Below, in pieces: positions 36,836 through 46,257 of a stretch of DNA of 64,000 nt (its first letter is position 1; the number at the start of each line of letters is the position of its first letter). The translations under genes and the position numbers were made by a program. Where the stretch lies: assembly GCA_038248695.1 (NCBI GenBank), contig JBBRXE010000001.1:1021-65020 (forward strand), in the 5' to 3' direction. The notes under the pieces are model-generated. The model was not told the DNA's origin. It was given only the letters and a program-made list of their open reading frames with translations, and did no database searches. This DNA comes from Candidatus Limnocylindria bacterium. Lineage in GTDB: Bacteria; Chloroflexota; Limnocylindria; QHBO01.

Positions 36836-38545
36836 ATGAGCAATGCCGAGCTGGCGCGCATCTTCGGCGAGATCGCCGACATGCTCGAGATCCTTGGCGA
36901 GGTGGTCTACAAGTCGGTTGCCTATCGCCGTGTGGCGGATGCCGTCGAACGCTATCCGGACGACGTGGCGGCGCTGTTCAGGCGTGGCACGCCGCCCAAG
37001 CTGCCCGGCGCCGGCGCCGGGCTGACCGCCAAGCTCGCCGAGCTGGCAGAGACCGGGCGCCTGGAGTATCACCAGCGGCTGCGCACCCAGGTTCCCGACG
37101 GCCTGCTCGACATGCTGCGCATCCCCGGCATCGGGCCGCGCACCGTCAAGCAGCTGCACGGCGAGCTCGGTATCGATTCGGTCGAAGCGTTGCGTGCCGC
37201 CGCCGAGCGGGGCGCACTGCGCTCGCTGAAGGGCTTATCAGCACGGACCGAGGAGAACGTGCTGGTCGGCATTGCCCGCATCGAGCAGCGCAGCACGCGC
37301 CTGCTGCTGCACGACGCCGACGAGTTGGTGACTGGCCTCATCGCCCGCCTGCTTGAGACACCCGGTGTGATCAAGCTCGAGCCCGCCGGCTCGCTTCGTC
37401 GTCGCCGTCCGACGATCGGCGACCTCGACCTGCTCGCCGCGGTGACCGATGCGGCTCCGCTGATTGCCGCACTGGACGCGCTGACCGAGGTCGACCATGT
37501 CGTCTCGGCGGGGACCGACAAATCGAGCATCGTCCTGCGTGACGGCCCGCAGGTCGACCTGATGGTGTGCGCCCCGGCAGCCTGGGGAACGCACCTCGTC
37601 CATTTCACTGGTAGCAAGGATCACAACGTGTCGCTGCGTGGTCGTGCGCTGGCCCGTGGCTGGTCACTCTCGGAGAAGGGCTTCAAGGTTGTCGACACCG
37701 GTGAGCTGCTGCTGGCGGCCGACGAGGAGGAGGTCTACGCCCGCCTGGATCTCAGTTGGGTCCCGCCGGAGCTTCGCGAGGACGAGGGGGAGATCGCCGC
37801 GGCAGCTGGCGGAACGCTGCCGATCCTCGTCAACCTCGACGACATCCGCGGCGACACGCATACGCATTCCGATTGGACCGATGGGGTCGACTCGATCGAG
37901 GTCATGGCCCGTGCCGCACGTGCGATGGGCCGCGACTGGATGGTGCTCTCCGACCACTCGCCGTCGCTGGGCATCGCCCGTGGCCTGTCACCCGAACGCG
38001 TGGAAGAACAGCGCCTGGTGATCCAGGCGCTGAACCGTGACCTGGCGCCGTTTCGCATCCTGCACGGGACCGAGATGGAGATCCGTGCCGACGGCGCGCT
38101 CGACTATCCCGACGAGCTGCTGGCCACGTTCGATGTGGTGGTCGCCAGCATCCACACCGGTCGCTCGCAGTCGAGCGAGCAGCTCACGCGGCGCGCCCTG
38201 GCGGCGATCGAAAACCCGCACGTCGACATCCTGGCGCATCCGACCGGCCGGATCGTCAACCGCCGCGATCCAATGGTGCTCGATTGGCCGCGCGTCTTCG
38301 CGGCCGCCGCGGGGAGCGGGACGGTGCTCGAGCTGAACGGTAGCCCGCGGCTCGATCTCGACGACGCGCTGGCGCGTGCGGCGGGCGCCGCCGGTGCTCG
38401 CCTCACGGTGAGCAGCGACGCGCATCGGACCGAGGAGCTGAGTCAGCTGCGCTATGGCGTGGCCATGGCGCGCCGTGCATGGCTGACCGCCGAGCAGGTC
38501 GTCTCGACGCGATCGACTGACGCGCTGCTGGAGCTGGTCCGATGA
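36836..38545 (+). CDS. polX: DNA polymerase X family protein with C-terminal PHP (3'-5' exonuclease/phosphoesterase) domain
   Basis: N-terminal 8-kDa/HhH region (MSNAELARIFGEIADMLEI…GIGPRTVKQL…). Polymerase beta palm/thumb (…TGSKDHN…). PHP domain (…DTHTHSDWTDG…, …HPTG…). The ORF track starts at TTG 36788; Met-17 is the more likely start. Confidence 0.85.
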   Translation: MSNAELARIFGEIADMLEILGEVVYKSVAYRRVADAVERYPDDVAALFRRGTPPKLPGAGAGLTAKLAELAETGRLEYHQRLRTQVPDGLLDMLRIPGIGPRTVKQLHGELGIDSVEALRAAAERGALRSLKGLSARTEENVLVGIARIEQRSTRLLLHDADELVTGLIARLLETPGVIKLEPAGSLRRRRPTIGDLDLLAAVTDAAPLIAALDALTEVDHVVSAGTDKSSIVLRDGPQVDLMVCAPAAWGTHLVHFTGSKDHNVSLRGRALARGWSLSEKGFKVVDTGELLLAADEEEVYARLDLSWVPPELREDEGEIAAAAGGTLPILVNLDDIRGDTHTHSDWTDGVDSIEVMARAARAMGRDWMVLSDHSPSLGIARGLSPERVEEQRLVIQALNRDLAPFRILHGTEMEIRADGALDYPDELLATFDVVVASIHTGRSQSSEQLTRRALAAIENPHVDILAHPTGRIVNRRDPMVLDWPRVFAAAAGSGTVLELNGSPRLDLDDALARAAGAAGARLTVSSDAHRTEELSQLRYGVAMARRAWLTAEQVVSTRSTDALLELVR

Positions 38546-39321
38546 TGGAAGGCATGTTGCGCGGACGGCGAGCCACCAGGGTCCTGCAGCGGATCGATCG
38601 GCCGGAGGTCATCGGCCTATCGATCGCGCTGGCGGTCCTGTGCGCCGTCGGCTGGCTGGTGACGCCATTCTGGCTGGCCGTGGTCGTCGCGGCGGTGCTG
38701 GCGCTGGGTGGCATCGGAGCCGTGCGTCTCATCGGACCCGCGCGGCCCGGTCTGGGCTTCGCGCGTTACGCCACCACGGCCATGGCCGCCACCTCGCTGG
38801 CCCTCTTCGGCCGGCTCATCTCCCCGGGCGTCGCGCTGCTGCTGACGCCGATTGCCGCCGTCCTGATCTGGTCGGTGCTTTGGCTCGAGCTGCGCGTCGC
38901 ACGTGGCGTGGCGGCCCGCACCATGCTCGACCTTGCACTGGTCGGCATTGTCTTCCTTGCGGCGGCGGGCATCTGGCGCGTCTTTGGAACCGACGCCTGG
39001 CCGCCGCCGCTGGCACTCATTTTGGTGATCGCCTTCGTGCTCGCCGTCCGCGCCGCCGAGGCGCGGGGGATCGGCGGCATCGAGGCCATCGGGCATGCGC
39101 TGCTGCACGTACTGGCCGTCGGCCAGGCCGGAGCTGCCGTCGTCCTGCTGCACCTGCCCGGCGTTGCGGGGCCTGCCGTGGCGGCCCTCGCCTTCTACGC
39201 GTGGGGAGGAGCCGTCGAGGAGATCGAGGATGGTGCGTCGCTGCGCAGCGTGGCACTCGAATTCGGGACCATCGCCCTCCTCGGGGTGATCGTTGCATTC
39301 CTCCTGCATCAACTGATCTAG
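38542..39321 (+). CDS. Hypothetical polytopic membrane protein
   Basis: ATGA overlap with the polX stop. About 7 hydrophobic helices. No recognisable motif. Confidence 0.55.
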   Translation: MMEGMLRGRRATRVLQRIDRPEVIGLSIALAVLCAVGWLVTPFWLAVVVAAVLALGGIGAVRLIGPARPGLGFARYATTAMAATSLALFGRLISPGVALLLTPIAAVLIWSVLWLELRVARGVAARTMLDLALVGIVFLAAAGIWRVFGTDAWPPPLALILVIAFVLAVRAAEARGIGGIEAIGHALLHVLAVGQAGAAVVLLHLPGVAGPAVAALAFYAWGGAVEEIEDGASLRSVALEFGTIALLGVIVAFLLHQLI

Positions 39322-39466
39322 CCGCTGGCCGGCCGCCGGGCTGCCGCTTCGAGGCTCGCGTTGACACCGCCCATGGGCGGTGCTACAACAAGGCGCCCTT
39401 TCGCCGGGTCCGCCCGTCGAGGGGCTTTCCTGCTGTTACACCTCCTACTGGAGACGTCGGAGAACG

Positions 39467-40315
39467 ATGACGCTCGGTGAGATCGACACCATGAACCGTC
39501 AGCGTCGCCAGTTGGGCGACGCCGCCATCGGCCATGCCACCAGCGGCGACTGGGAGGCAGCGGTCGACGCCAACCGAGAGCTGCTCGAGCTGGGGGCCGA
39601 TACGGACGCGTACAACCGGCTCGGCAAGGCGCTGGCCGAGCTCGGCCGCGACGAAGAGGCGCTGGAAGCCTACGAGCAGGCGCTGGCGCGCGACACCACC
39701 AATCGGATCGCGAAACGCAACGTCGAACGGTTGCGCGTCGTGGTTGCCAGCCGCTCCGGCGGCCGCGGTGGCGCGACCCAATCGCCGAGGAGCGGCAGGC
39801 CCGAGAAGGCTTCGGCCGCGCATTTCATCGAAGAGATGGGCAAGACTGGGCACGCGCGACTCATCAACATCGCGGCGCCGCGCGTCCTGGCACCGCTGTC
39901 GCCGGGCGACGGCATCGAGCTGCGGCCGGATGGCGACCAGCTGGCGGCGCGGGTCGGCGACACCGAGGTCGGCCAGGTCGAGCCGCGGGTGGGCAAACGC
40001 CTTAGCAAGCTGATGGCCGGCGGAAATCGCTACGACGCGGCCATCACCGTCGTCCAGCACGACGACGTGCGGATCATCATCCGCGAGGTCTTCGCCAACG
40101 CCGCGAACTTCGGCAAGGTCTCGTTCCCGGGCAGCACGGCGGCCCGCCCCGGTGACGTCCGACCGTATATGAAGGGCACCGCCGTCCGCTACGATGACGA
40201 CGACGAGAGCGAAGAGCCCGACGAGGATTCGGAGGAGGTCGAGGAGCTCGATACCACCCTCCCGGAGTTCTCGGCCGAGCCCGAGCTCGAGGAAGAGCTG
40301 CTCGAAGAATCGTAG
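39467..40315 (+). CDS. TPR-repeat protein with acidic C-terminal tail, hypothetical
   Basis: TPR-like helices (…GDWEAAVDANRELLELGADTDAYNRLGKALAELGRDEEALEAYEQALARD…). The C-terminus is poly-Asp/Glu. Start is uncertain (39380 is possible). Confidence 0.55.
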   Translation: MTLGEIDTMNRQRRQLGDAAIGHATSGDWEAAVDANRELLELGADTDAYNRLGKALAELGRDEEALEAYEQALARDTTNRIAKRNVERLRVVVASRSGGRGGATQSPRSGRPEKASAAHFIEEMGKTGHARLINIAAPRVLAPLSPGDGIELRPDGDQLAARVGDTEVGQVEPRVGKRLSKLMAGGNRYDAAITVVQHDDVRIIIREVFANAANFGKVSFPGSTAARPGDVRPYMKGTAVRYDDDDESEEPDEDSEEVEELDTTLPEFSAEPELEEELLEES

Positions 40316-40321
40316 GAGCCG

Positions 40322-43108
40322 ATGCCCGAGGCCGATCGGAAGCGACACGACACGGTCGTCCTTCCACGACGGCTCCCCGGGCTGGCGTTGCTGGAGCGCT
40401 ACTTCCCCTCGCCGGCCGATAACCTGCTTGACGCCGAGCTGAGCGCCTTGGCGCGCGCCGGCGACACCGTCCTCGACCCTTGGGCCGGCACAGGGTGGAC
40501 CGCTCGCCGTGCCATCGCCCACTCGATGCGTGCCGTCGCCGCGGATCCGAGCCCGTTTGCCCAGCTGGCGGGCCAGGCATTCCTGCTGGCCCCGGACGAG
40601 CCGGCGATCACCGCGGCCCTCGCACAGCTGGCCCGTTCCCGTCGCGTCGACGTTCCGCTCAAGCAGCACATCGAGGAGCTCTACGCCACGCGCTGCGCGA
40701 CGTGCCGCCGCCCGGTGGTCGGAGACCAGTTCATCTGGCCGCGCGATGCCGATGCTCCCGGACGCAAGATCTACCGCTGCTCAAACTGCGACGTCGCTGC
40801 CGGAGGCTCGGCGGAACGCGTCGCGCCGATCGACGATGCGGACCTCGACAAGCTCGGGATCGAGCGTCGTGGCGCCCGCGAAGGAGGTGACGCGGATCCC
40901 TCGGACGATGCCCAGGATGACCTGCCGCCGGCGCCGACGGGCCTGACCGGTCCCGCCGTGTCACTCGGCGAGCCTGGCGGGCCGCCGCCCCCCCTGGCCG
41001 CTCCGCCAGATCCGCCCGCCAGCGCCGGGCGGCACGACGGACCGCGCTTCGCGTCGACGGTGCGCCCCCAAACCATTCCGGACTCGAACGCCGGAGTCCA
41101 GCAGAGCCAGCACTACCAGCAGCTGCGCGAGCGCTTTCCCGTGCTCGACGGCAACGACGAGCTCATCGACGAGCTGCTTGAGCTCTACACGCCGCGCAAC
41201 CTGTACGCGCTGCAGACCATCGCCAACAAGATCGACGCCGAGTTCCGGTCACAACCGATGGGTGCTGTGATGCGCCTGGCGTTGGCTGCCTGCCTGCTGC
41301 CAGCCAGCAAATTGAACGGCTACCCCGGCCGAGTCGCCTCGCTGCGCATCTCGAACGGGCACGTGCGGCAGCCGGCGTCGCGTCACCGGCGCGAGGTGAA
41401 CGTCTGGCAGCTGTTCGAAGCCGCGGTCGACGATGTGCGGACCGCGATCGGCGCCATCGGCGACGACCGGCGGCCGGCGCGCTTCGCGGCGGACTTCACC
41501 GAGCTCGGCGGAGTGACGGCCGCCAACGTGCTCTGGATCCGCTGTCGCCCAGCCGTCGTGGGCCAGTACCTGCCAGCTGACAGCGTTGACCTTGTGCTCG
41601 GCTCGACGGGTGCGCCGCCCAGCCTCGACGAGCTCAGCTTCGAGTACCTGGCAACGGCCTGGCTGATGGGTCGCGAGGCAGCCGAGACACTCCGGCTCGA
41701 GCCGCTCTTCGGCTCAGCGATCGAGCACACCGACGGGGCAGAGGCGGCCGCACTGCGTCACGGCCTGGCATCGGCCGCCGGAGCGCTCAAGCCCGACGGT
41801 TGGTGCAGCGTGCTGCTGGAGGCCGATGATCCGGACCGGATGCTCAGCGTAGCCGTCGCGGCCGCCGCCGCGGGCCTGCAGCTGGTCGACGCCGTGGTGC
41901 GCGAGTCGCGCCGCTCGGGCGACGGTGTTCGGCTGCACTTTCGTAAGCCCTCGGCCGAGGACCGCCTGCGCGAGGCGGTTCAGCCGCGGCCGCTGCGGCT
42001 CGGCGCCCAGGGGGAGCGACTGACGTATCCGGAGCTCGCCGAAGCCATGGAAGCCGCGGCAGTCGGGCTGCTGCAGGACCGCGGCGAACCGGTGGGGCTC
42101 ATGCGACTGGCCGCGGCGGTGCTGCTCGAGTTGGAGCAGCGTGGCCTGCTGCGTCGCGTTGCCGGACTGCGTGCCGAGCGCCGCACGGACGAAGACCGCG
42201 AGGGCGACGACGCACGACTGGAACGTGGCGGCCCGGCGCTACTGGCAACCCTGCTGCGCGAGGAGCTGTGGCGCGACGACCATCCGACGCTGACCCGGCT
42301 CGGCGATGCGGAGCGGCCCCTGTGGTGGCTGCGCCAGCCCGAACTGGCCGAATCCCCCCTCGCCGATCGAGTCGAATGGGCGACCTTCTCGATCCTGTCG
42401 ACCGCCGGCGGGCTGGACGAATCGTCGTTCCTGGACCGGATGTATGCGATCTTCCCGGGTCTCTCGGCGCCGGACGAGGAGCTGGTGCGCGCCTGTCTGG
42501 AGGCCTATGCATCGGTCAGCGAGCGCGGGCAGCTGCGCACCGAGGATGAGCTTTCGCGGCGCCTGGACGATCACGGCCGTGTCATCGCCACGCTGGCCGA
42601 GTACGCGCACCGGCTCGGCCTGCGGGCGTGGATCAGCAAGCGCGAACAGCCGCGCATGGTCGACGGCGCGCCCCTGGGCGATCGGCTGCTCGACGAGGAG
42701 CGACGGGCATACCTGCCGCTGATCCTGCGCGCTCCGGCCGAGGCGATTGGAGCCGTCGACGCGATGTGGTACGTCCGTGGCAGGCTGACTTTCCTGTTCG
42801 AGGTCGAATGGACCGCGATGGTCGGCGAGGCGGTGCTGCGTCGCGGTCGCGAGATCCCTGCCGGCGAACAACAGGCGCGGTTCCTGGTGATCCCCGCCGA
42901 ACGCGCGGAGCTGCTGCGGCTGAAGCTCGAACGTTCACCGTGGCTGCGCGCGGAGATGACGCGACAGAATTGGCACGTCCTGAAGTGGCAGCACCTCGAC
43001 ACTCTCGCGGCGAGGCACGGAGCGAGCCTCGACTGGCTCGAGCCGGTGCTCGGCCTGGAGCCGCTTATCGAACGCGGCGGCGAGCAGCTCACGATCTTCG
43101 GGGAGTAG
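40322..43108 (+). CDS. Large (928 aa) circularly-permuted N6/N4-methyltransferase-like protein with degenerate catalytic motif, Zn-ribbon, Pro-rich linker and uncharacterised C-terminal domain
   Basis: N-terminus …VLDPWAGTGWTARRAIAHSMRAVAADPSP… resembles MTase motif I (DPFxGSGTT…GRxxIGIE). It is followed by a CxxC…CxxC ribbon (CATCRR…CSNC). The middle region …LPADSVDLVLGSTGAPPS… plus …YLATAWLMG…ALKPDGWCSVLL… matches PF01555-type motif IV and the following block, but DPPY is replaced by GAPPS. It starts 7 nt after the TPR gene. Confidence 0.7.
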   Translation: MPEADRKRHDTVVLPRRLPGLALLERYFPSPADNLLDAELSALARAGDTVLDPWAGTGWTARRAIAHSMRAVAADPSPFAQLAGQAFLLAPDEPAITAALAQLARSRRVDVPLKQHIEELYATRCATCRRPVVGDQFIWPRDADAPGRKIYRCSNCDVAAGGSAERVAPIDDADLDKLGIERRGAREGGDADPSDDAQDDLPPAPTGLTGPAVSLGEPGGPPPPLAAPPDPPASAGRHDGPRFASTVRPQTIPDSNAGVQQSQHYQQLRERFPVLDGNDELIDELLELYTPRNLYALQTIANKIDAEFRSQPMGAVMRLALAACLLPASKLNGYPGRVASLRISNGHVRQPASRHRREVNVWQLFEAAVDDVRTAIGAIGDDRRPARFAADFTELGGVTAANVLWIRCRPAVVGQYLPADSVDLVLGSTGAPPSLDELSFEYLATAWLMGREAAETLRLEPLFGSAIEHTDGAEAAALRHGLASAAGALKPDGWCSVLLEADDPDRMLSVAVAAAAAGLQLVDAVVRESRRSGDGVRLHFRKPSAEDRLREAVQPRPLRLGAQGERLTYPELAEAMEAAAVGLLQDRGEPVGLMRLAAAVLLELEQRGLLRRVAGLRAERRTDEDREGDDARLERGGPALLATLLREELWRDDHPTLTRLGDAERPLWWLRQPELAESPLADRVEWATFSILSTAGGLDESSFLDRMYAIFPGLSAPDEELVRACLEAYASVSERGQLRTEDELSRRLDDHGRVIATLAEYAHRLGLRAWISKREQPRMVDGAPLGDRLLDEERRAYLPLILRAPAEAIGAVDAMWYVRGRLTFLFEVEWTAMVGEAVLRRGREIPAGEQQARFLVIPAERAELLRLKLERSPWLRAEMTRQNWHVLKWQHLDTLAARHGASLDWLEPVLGLEPLIERGGEQLTIFGE

Positions 43109-43155
43109 CAGGTAAACGGTCGGCTCGGCCTTGACGAGGACCCTACACTCTGCCC

Positions 43156-43188
43156 GGGAGTGCCGTGGTTCCCCCCTACGGCACTCCC
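43156..43188. terminator. Bidirectional hairpin terminator between convergent genes
   Basis: Perfect 11-bp stem GGGAGTGCCGT / ACGGCACTCCC with an 11-nt loop. It lies between the stop of the 928-aa gene (43108) and the stop of the CsoR-like gene (43198). Confidence 0.55.
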
Positions 43189-43197
43189 GCTGTGCAC

Positions 43198-43533
43198 TCA
43201 ATCCGTCCCGGCTGAGGCTCCCGATGCGCGACGTCCTGCACGTCGGCCGACGGCGCGCCGCACGACGGTCATCACCTCGTCAACATAGGGCTGCCCCTGG
43301 CCGGTCTCGACGGCATGTGCCAGGCAGCCGGCGATGTGGTCTTCCATGAGCAGCAGCGCCACCTGGTCTGCCGCGGCGGTCAACGCCTCGACCTGCTGCA
43401 GGACATCCAGGCAGTAGGCTTCCTCGCCGACCAGCCGCTGGAGGCCGCGAGCCTGGCCCTCGATCCGCTTGAGGCGGTTCAGCAGCAGTCCGCGATCCTT
43501 GGTGTACGCGTGGCGAAAGTGTTCGGGTTCCAT
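43198..43533 (-). CDS. CsoR/RcnR-family metal-sensing transcriptional repressor
   Basis: …LLNRLKRIEGQARGLQRL…YCLDVLQQ…AAADQVALLLMEDHIAGCL… fits the DUF156 four-helix repressor and carries a C-x(n)-H-x(3)-C metal site. Confidence 0.7.
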   Translation of the reverse strand: MEPEHFRHAYTKDRGLLLNRLKRIEGQARGLQRLVGEEAYCLDVLQQVEALTAAADQVALLLMEDHIAGCLAHAVETGQGQPYVDEVMTVVRRAVGRRAGRRASGASAGTD

Positions 43534-43619
43534 ACTGCCGGTGAGTATGCACGACCGACCACGACGGTCAATCCGCTCCGTCGCTGCATCGGTGCTTTCG
43601 GGGTAGGATGCTGGGCGAA

Positions 43620-44348
43620 ATGAGTGAGATCGAGAAGCACGAGCTGATCAGCCCGCTGGAGCGTGCGCTGGTAGTGGTCAGCCATCCCGACGACGCTGAA
43701 TTCGGTGCCGCCGCCACCATCGCATCGCTGACCGCCGGTGGCGCCCGCGTCGACTACGTGGTCACCACCGATGGCGGCAAGGGGACCGACGACCCGACGG
43801 TCCGCCCGGAGCAGCTGTCCGACACGCGCATCGCCGAGCAGCGCGCCGCTGCGGACGTGCTGGGCGTCAGCGAGATCGTCCACCTCGGCTATCCGGACGG
43901 CTACCTGACGCCGTCGCTCGAGCTGCGCCGCGACATCAGCCGTCAGATTCGCCGCCTCCGGCCGGACCTGGTCCTCACTCAGAACCCGCAGCGTCGGCTC
44001 GACCACAACCCGTTCATCGGGCACCCCGATCACCTGGCCACCGGGGAGGCGACCCTCGCCGCGGTCTACCCCGCGGCGCGCGATCGGCTCAACTTCCCAG
44101 AGCTGGTCGAGGAAGGTTTCGAGCCGTGGAAGGTGCGCCAGGTGCTGCTGTTCGGCGTCGAGCAACCGAACCTGTGGGTCGATGTGGCGGCCACGTTCGA
44201 AGTGGGGCTGGAGGCGCTGCGGCGTCACCTCAGCCAGATCGGCGATCGCGATGACGTCGAGGCGCGGGTGCGCGAGCGAGCCGAGCTGATGGGCGCGCCG
44301 CAGGGTATCGGCCTGGCACAGGCGTTCCTCTCTATCATCCTCGAATGA
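43620..44348 (+). CDS. PIG-L/LmbE-family N-acetylglucosaminyl deacetylase
   Basis: …ALVVVSHPDDAEFGAAATIA… (HPDDE) and …GHPDHLATGEA… (HxDH zinc motif). Confidence 0.8.
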   Translation: MSEIEKHELISPLERALVVVSHPDDAEFGAAATIASLTAGGARVDYVVTTDGGKGTDDPTVRPEQLSDTRIAEQRAAADVLGVSEIVHLGYPDGYLTPSLELRRDISRQIRRLRPDLVLTQNPQRRLDHNPFIGHPDHLATGEATLAAVYPAARDRLNFPELVEEGFEPWKVRQVLLFGVEQPNLWVDVAATFEVGLEALRRHLSQIGDRDDVEARVRERAELMGAPQGIGLAQAFLSIILE

Positions 44349-46255
44349 CGAGGCGCGGAGGGCACTGGGGCGGCGGGGTCGAGCCCGACCTGCGCCGGCG
44401 CCCGGGAAGCGGCCGGCGCACGCTGCGCAAGATCATCGGCTTCTTCGCTCCGTACCGCGGCCGGTTGTGGGTCATCGCCGCCGCCATCCTGGTCAGCGTC
44501 AGCATCGGTGTCGTCAACCCCATCCTGCTGAAGCTGATCATCGACAACCTGCTGCGTCCGGGGGGCGGAGACCTGGGCCTGCTCTACCTGCAGGTCGGAC
44601 TGATGGTCGTCCTGCCGATCATCACCGGCCTCATCGGCGTCGGCCAGTCGTACCTCTCGAACACCGTGGGGCAGCGGGTCATGGACGACCTGCGCCTGGC
44701 ACTCTACCGCCACCTGCAGTGGATGCCGCTGCGCTTCTTCACCGAGACACGTACCGGCGAGATTCAGAGCCGCATCACCAACGATGTCAATGGCGTGCAG
44801 TCGGTGGTGACCGATACCGCCGCGTCGCTGCTTTCGAACTTCGGCACGGTGGCGACCACGATCATCGCCATGGTCGTCATCGACTGGCGGTTGACGGTAC
44901 TGAGCCTGGGGATGCTGCCGTTCTTCATGTACATCACCTACCGCGTCGGCAAGGTACGACGCCAGGTTGCCACGCTCACCCAGCAGTCGCTCGCCGAGGT
45001 GAGCGCCATCACCGAGGAGTCGCTATCGGTCTCGGGCATTCTGCTGTCCAAGACCTTCGGGCAGCAGGAGGCGTCGGTCAGCCGATTCCGGCTCGAGTCG
45101 CGGCGATTGGGCGACCTGCAGATTCGCCAGCTGATGATCGGCCGCTGGTTCTTCGCCCTGATCGGCACGTTCTTCAGCATCAGCCCGGCGCTCGTCTACC
45201 TGCTCGCCGGGTCGCTGATCATCGGCGGGGACAAGGCGGTCAGCATCGGTTCGATCGTGGCCTTCACCACCCTCCAGTCACGGCTTTTCTTCCCGCTCGG
45301 CCAGCTGCTCGGCGTTCAGGTCGAGATTCAGGGCGCGCTGGCGCTGTTCGATCGTATCTTCGAGTACCTGGAGATGCCGCACGAGATCAGCGACGCGCCC
45401 GACGCCGTGGCGCTCGATCCGGAGCGCACTCGCGGTGACGTCAGCTTCGACCACGTCTCGTTCGGCTACCCCGTGGCGCCGGCGCAGATCGAGGTGGCCG
45501 ACGAGGCCGCCGAGGCGGAGGCCAGCGGCCGAGCTGTACCGACGGCGCTGCATCCGTTCGGGCTCGACGATCTGTCGTTCGTGGCATCCCCGGGCCAGCT
45601 CGTGGCGCTGGTCGGCCCGTCGGGTGCGGGAAAGACGACAAGCACGTACCTCATCCCGCGGCTGTACGACGTCGATTCGGGCGCGGTGCGCATCGATGGC
45701 ACCGACGTGCGACGCATCAAGCTCGAATCATTGGGCCGTGTGATCGGGATGGTCACCCAGGAAACCTACCTGTTCCACAACACCGTGATGGAGAACCTGC
45801 GCTACGCCAAGCCCGAGGCAACCATGGCCGAGATCGAGACCGCCGGTCGAGCAGCCGCCATCCATGACCGCGTCATGGAGCTGCCTCTCGGCTACGACAC
45901 GGTGGTCGGCGAGCGTGGCTACAAGCTCTCCGGTGGCGAGAAGCAGCGCGTCGCCATCGCACGCGTGCTCCTCAAGAATCCGCGGATCCTGATACTGGAC
46001 GAGGCGACCTCGGCGCTCGACACGGTCAGCGAGCGGCTCATCCAGCAGGCGCTGGCACGGTTGATGGAGGGCCGCACCACCATCGCCATCGCGCATCGGC
46101 TGTCGACCATCCTGCGCGCCGACCAGATCCTGGTCTTTGAGCGCGGCCGCATTGTCGAGCGTGGCACGCACGACGAACTGCTGCGTCACGAGGGCCTGTA
46201 TGCGCGCCTCTACCACGAGCAGTTCGCCGCCAGCCGCGAAGCGGTCGAGGTCTGA
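44345..46255 (+). CDS. ABC exporter, fused transmembrane + ATP-binding domains (MsbA-like)
   Basis: Six-TM domain, then an NBD with Walker [10 protein letters not shown], signature [13 protein letters not shown] and Walker [10 protein letters not shown] roughly 25-aa insertion (…[29 protein letters not shown]…) precedes Walker A. Confidence 0.85.
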   Translation: MTRRGGHWGGGVEPDLRRRPGSGRRTLRKIIGFFAPYRGRLWVIAAAILVSVSIGVVNPILLKLIIDNLLRPGGGDLGLLYLQVGLMVVLPIITGLIGVGQSYLSNTVGQRVMDDLRLALYRHLQWMPLRFFTETRTGEIQSRITNDVNGVQSVVTDTAASLLSNFGTVATTIIAMVVIDWRLTVLSLGMLPFFMYITYRVGKVRRQVATLTQQSLAEVSAITEESLSVSGILLSKTFGQQEASVSRFRLESRRLGDLQIRQLMIGRWFFALIGTFFSISPALVYLLAGSLIIGGDKAVSIGSIVAFTTLQSRLFFPLGQLLGVQVEIQGALALFDRIFEYLEMPHEISDAPDAVALDPERTRGDVSFDHVSFGYPVAPAQIEVADEAAEAEASGRAVPTALHPFGLDDLSFVASPGQLVALVGPSGAGKTTSTYLIPRLYDVDSGAVRIDGTDVRRIKLESLGRVIGMVTQETYLFHNTVMENLRYAKPEATMAEIETAGRAAAIHDRVMELPLGYDTVVGERGYKLSGGEKQRVAIARVLLKNPRILILDEATSALDTVSERLIQQALARLMEGRTTIAIAHRLSTILRADQILVFERGRIVERGTHDELLRHEGLYARLYHEQFAASREAVEV

Positions 46256-46257
46256 TC

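Noticed and set aside
39383-40669. 428-aa minus-strand ORF opposite the TPR protein and the start of the MTase-like gene
   Set aside because: Shadow ORF, Arg/Gly-rich. The plus-strand genes have coherent domain structure and tight coupling.
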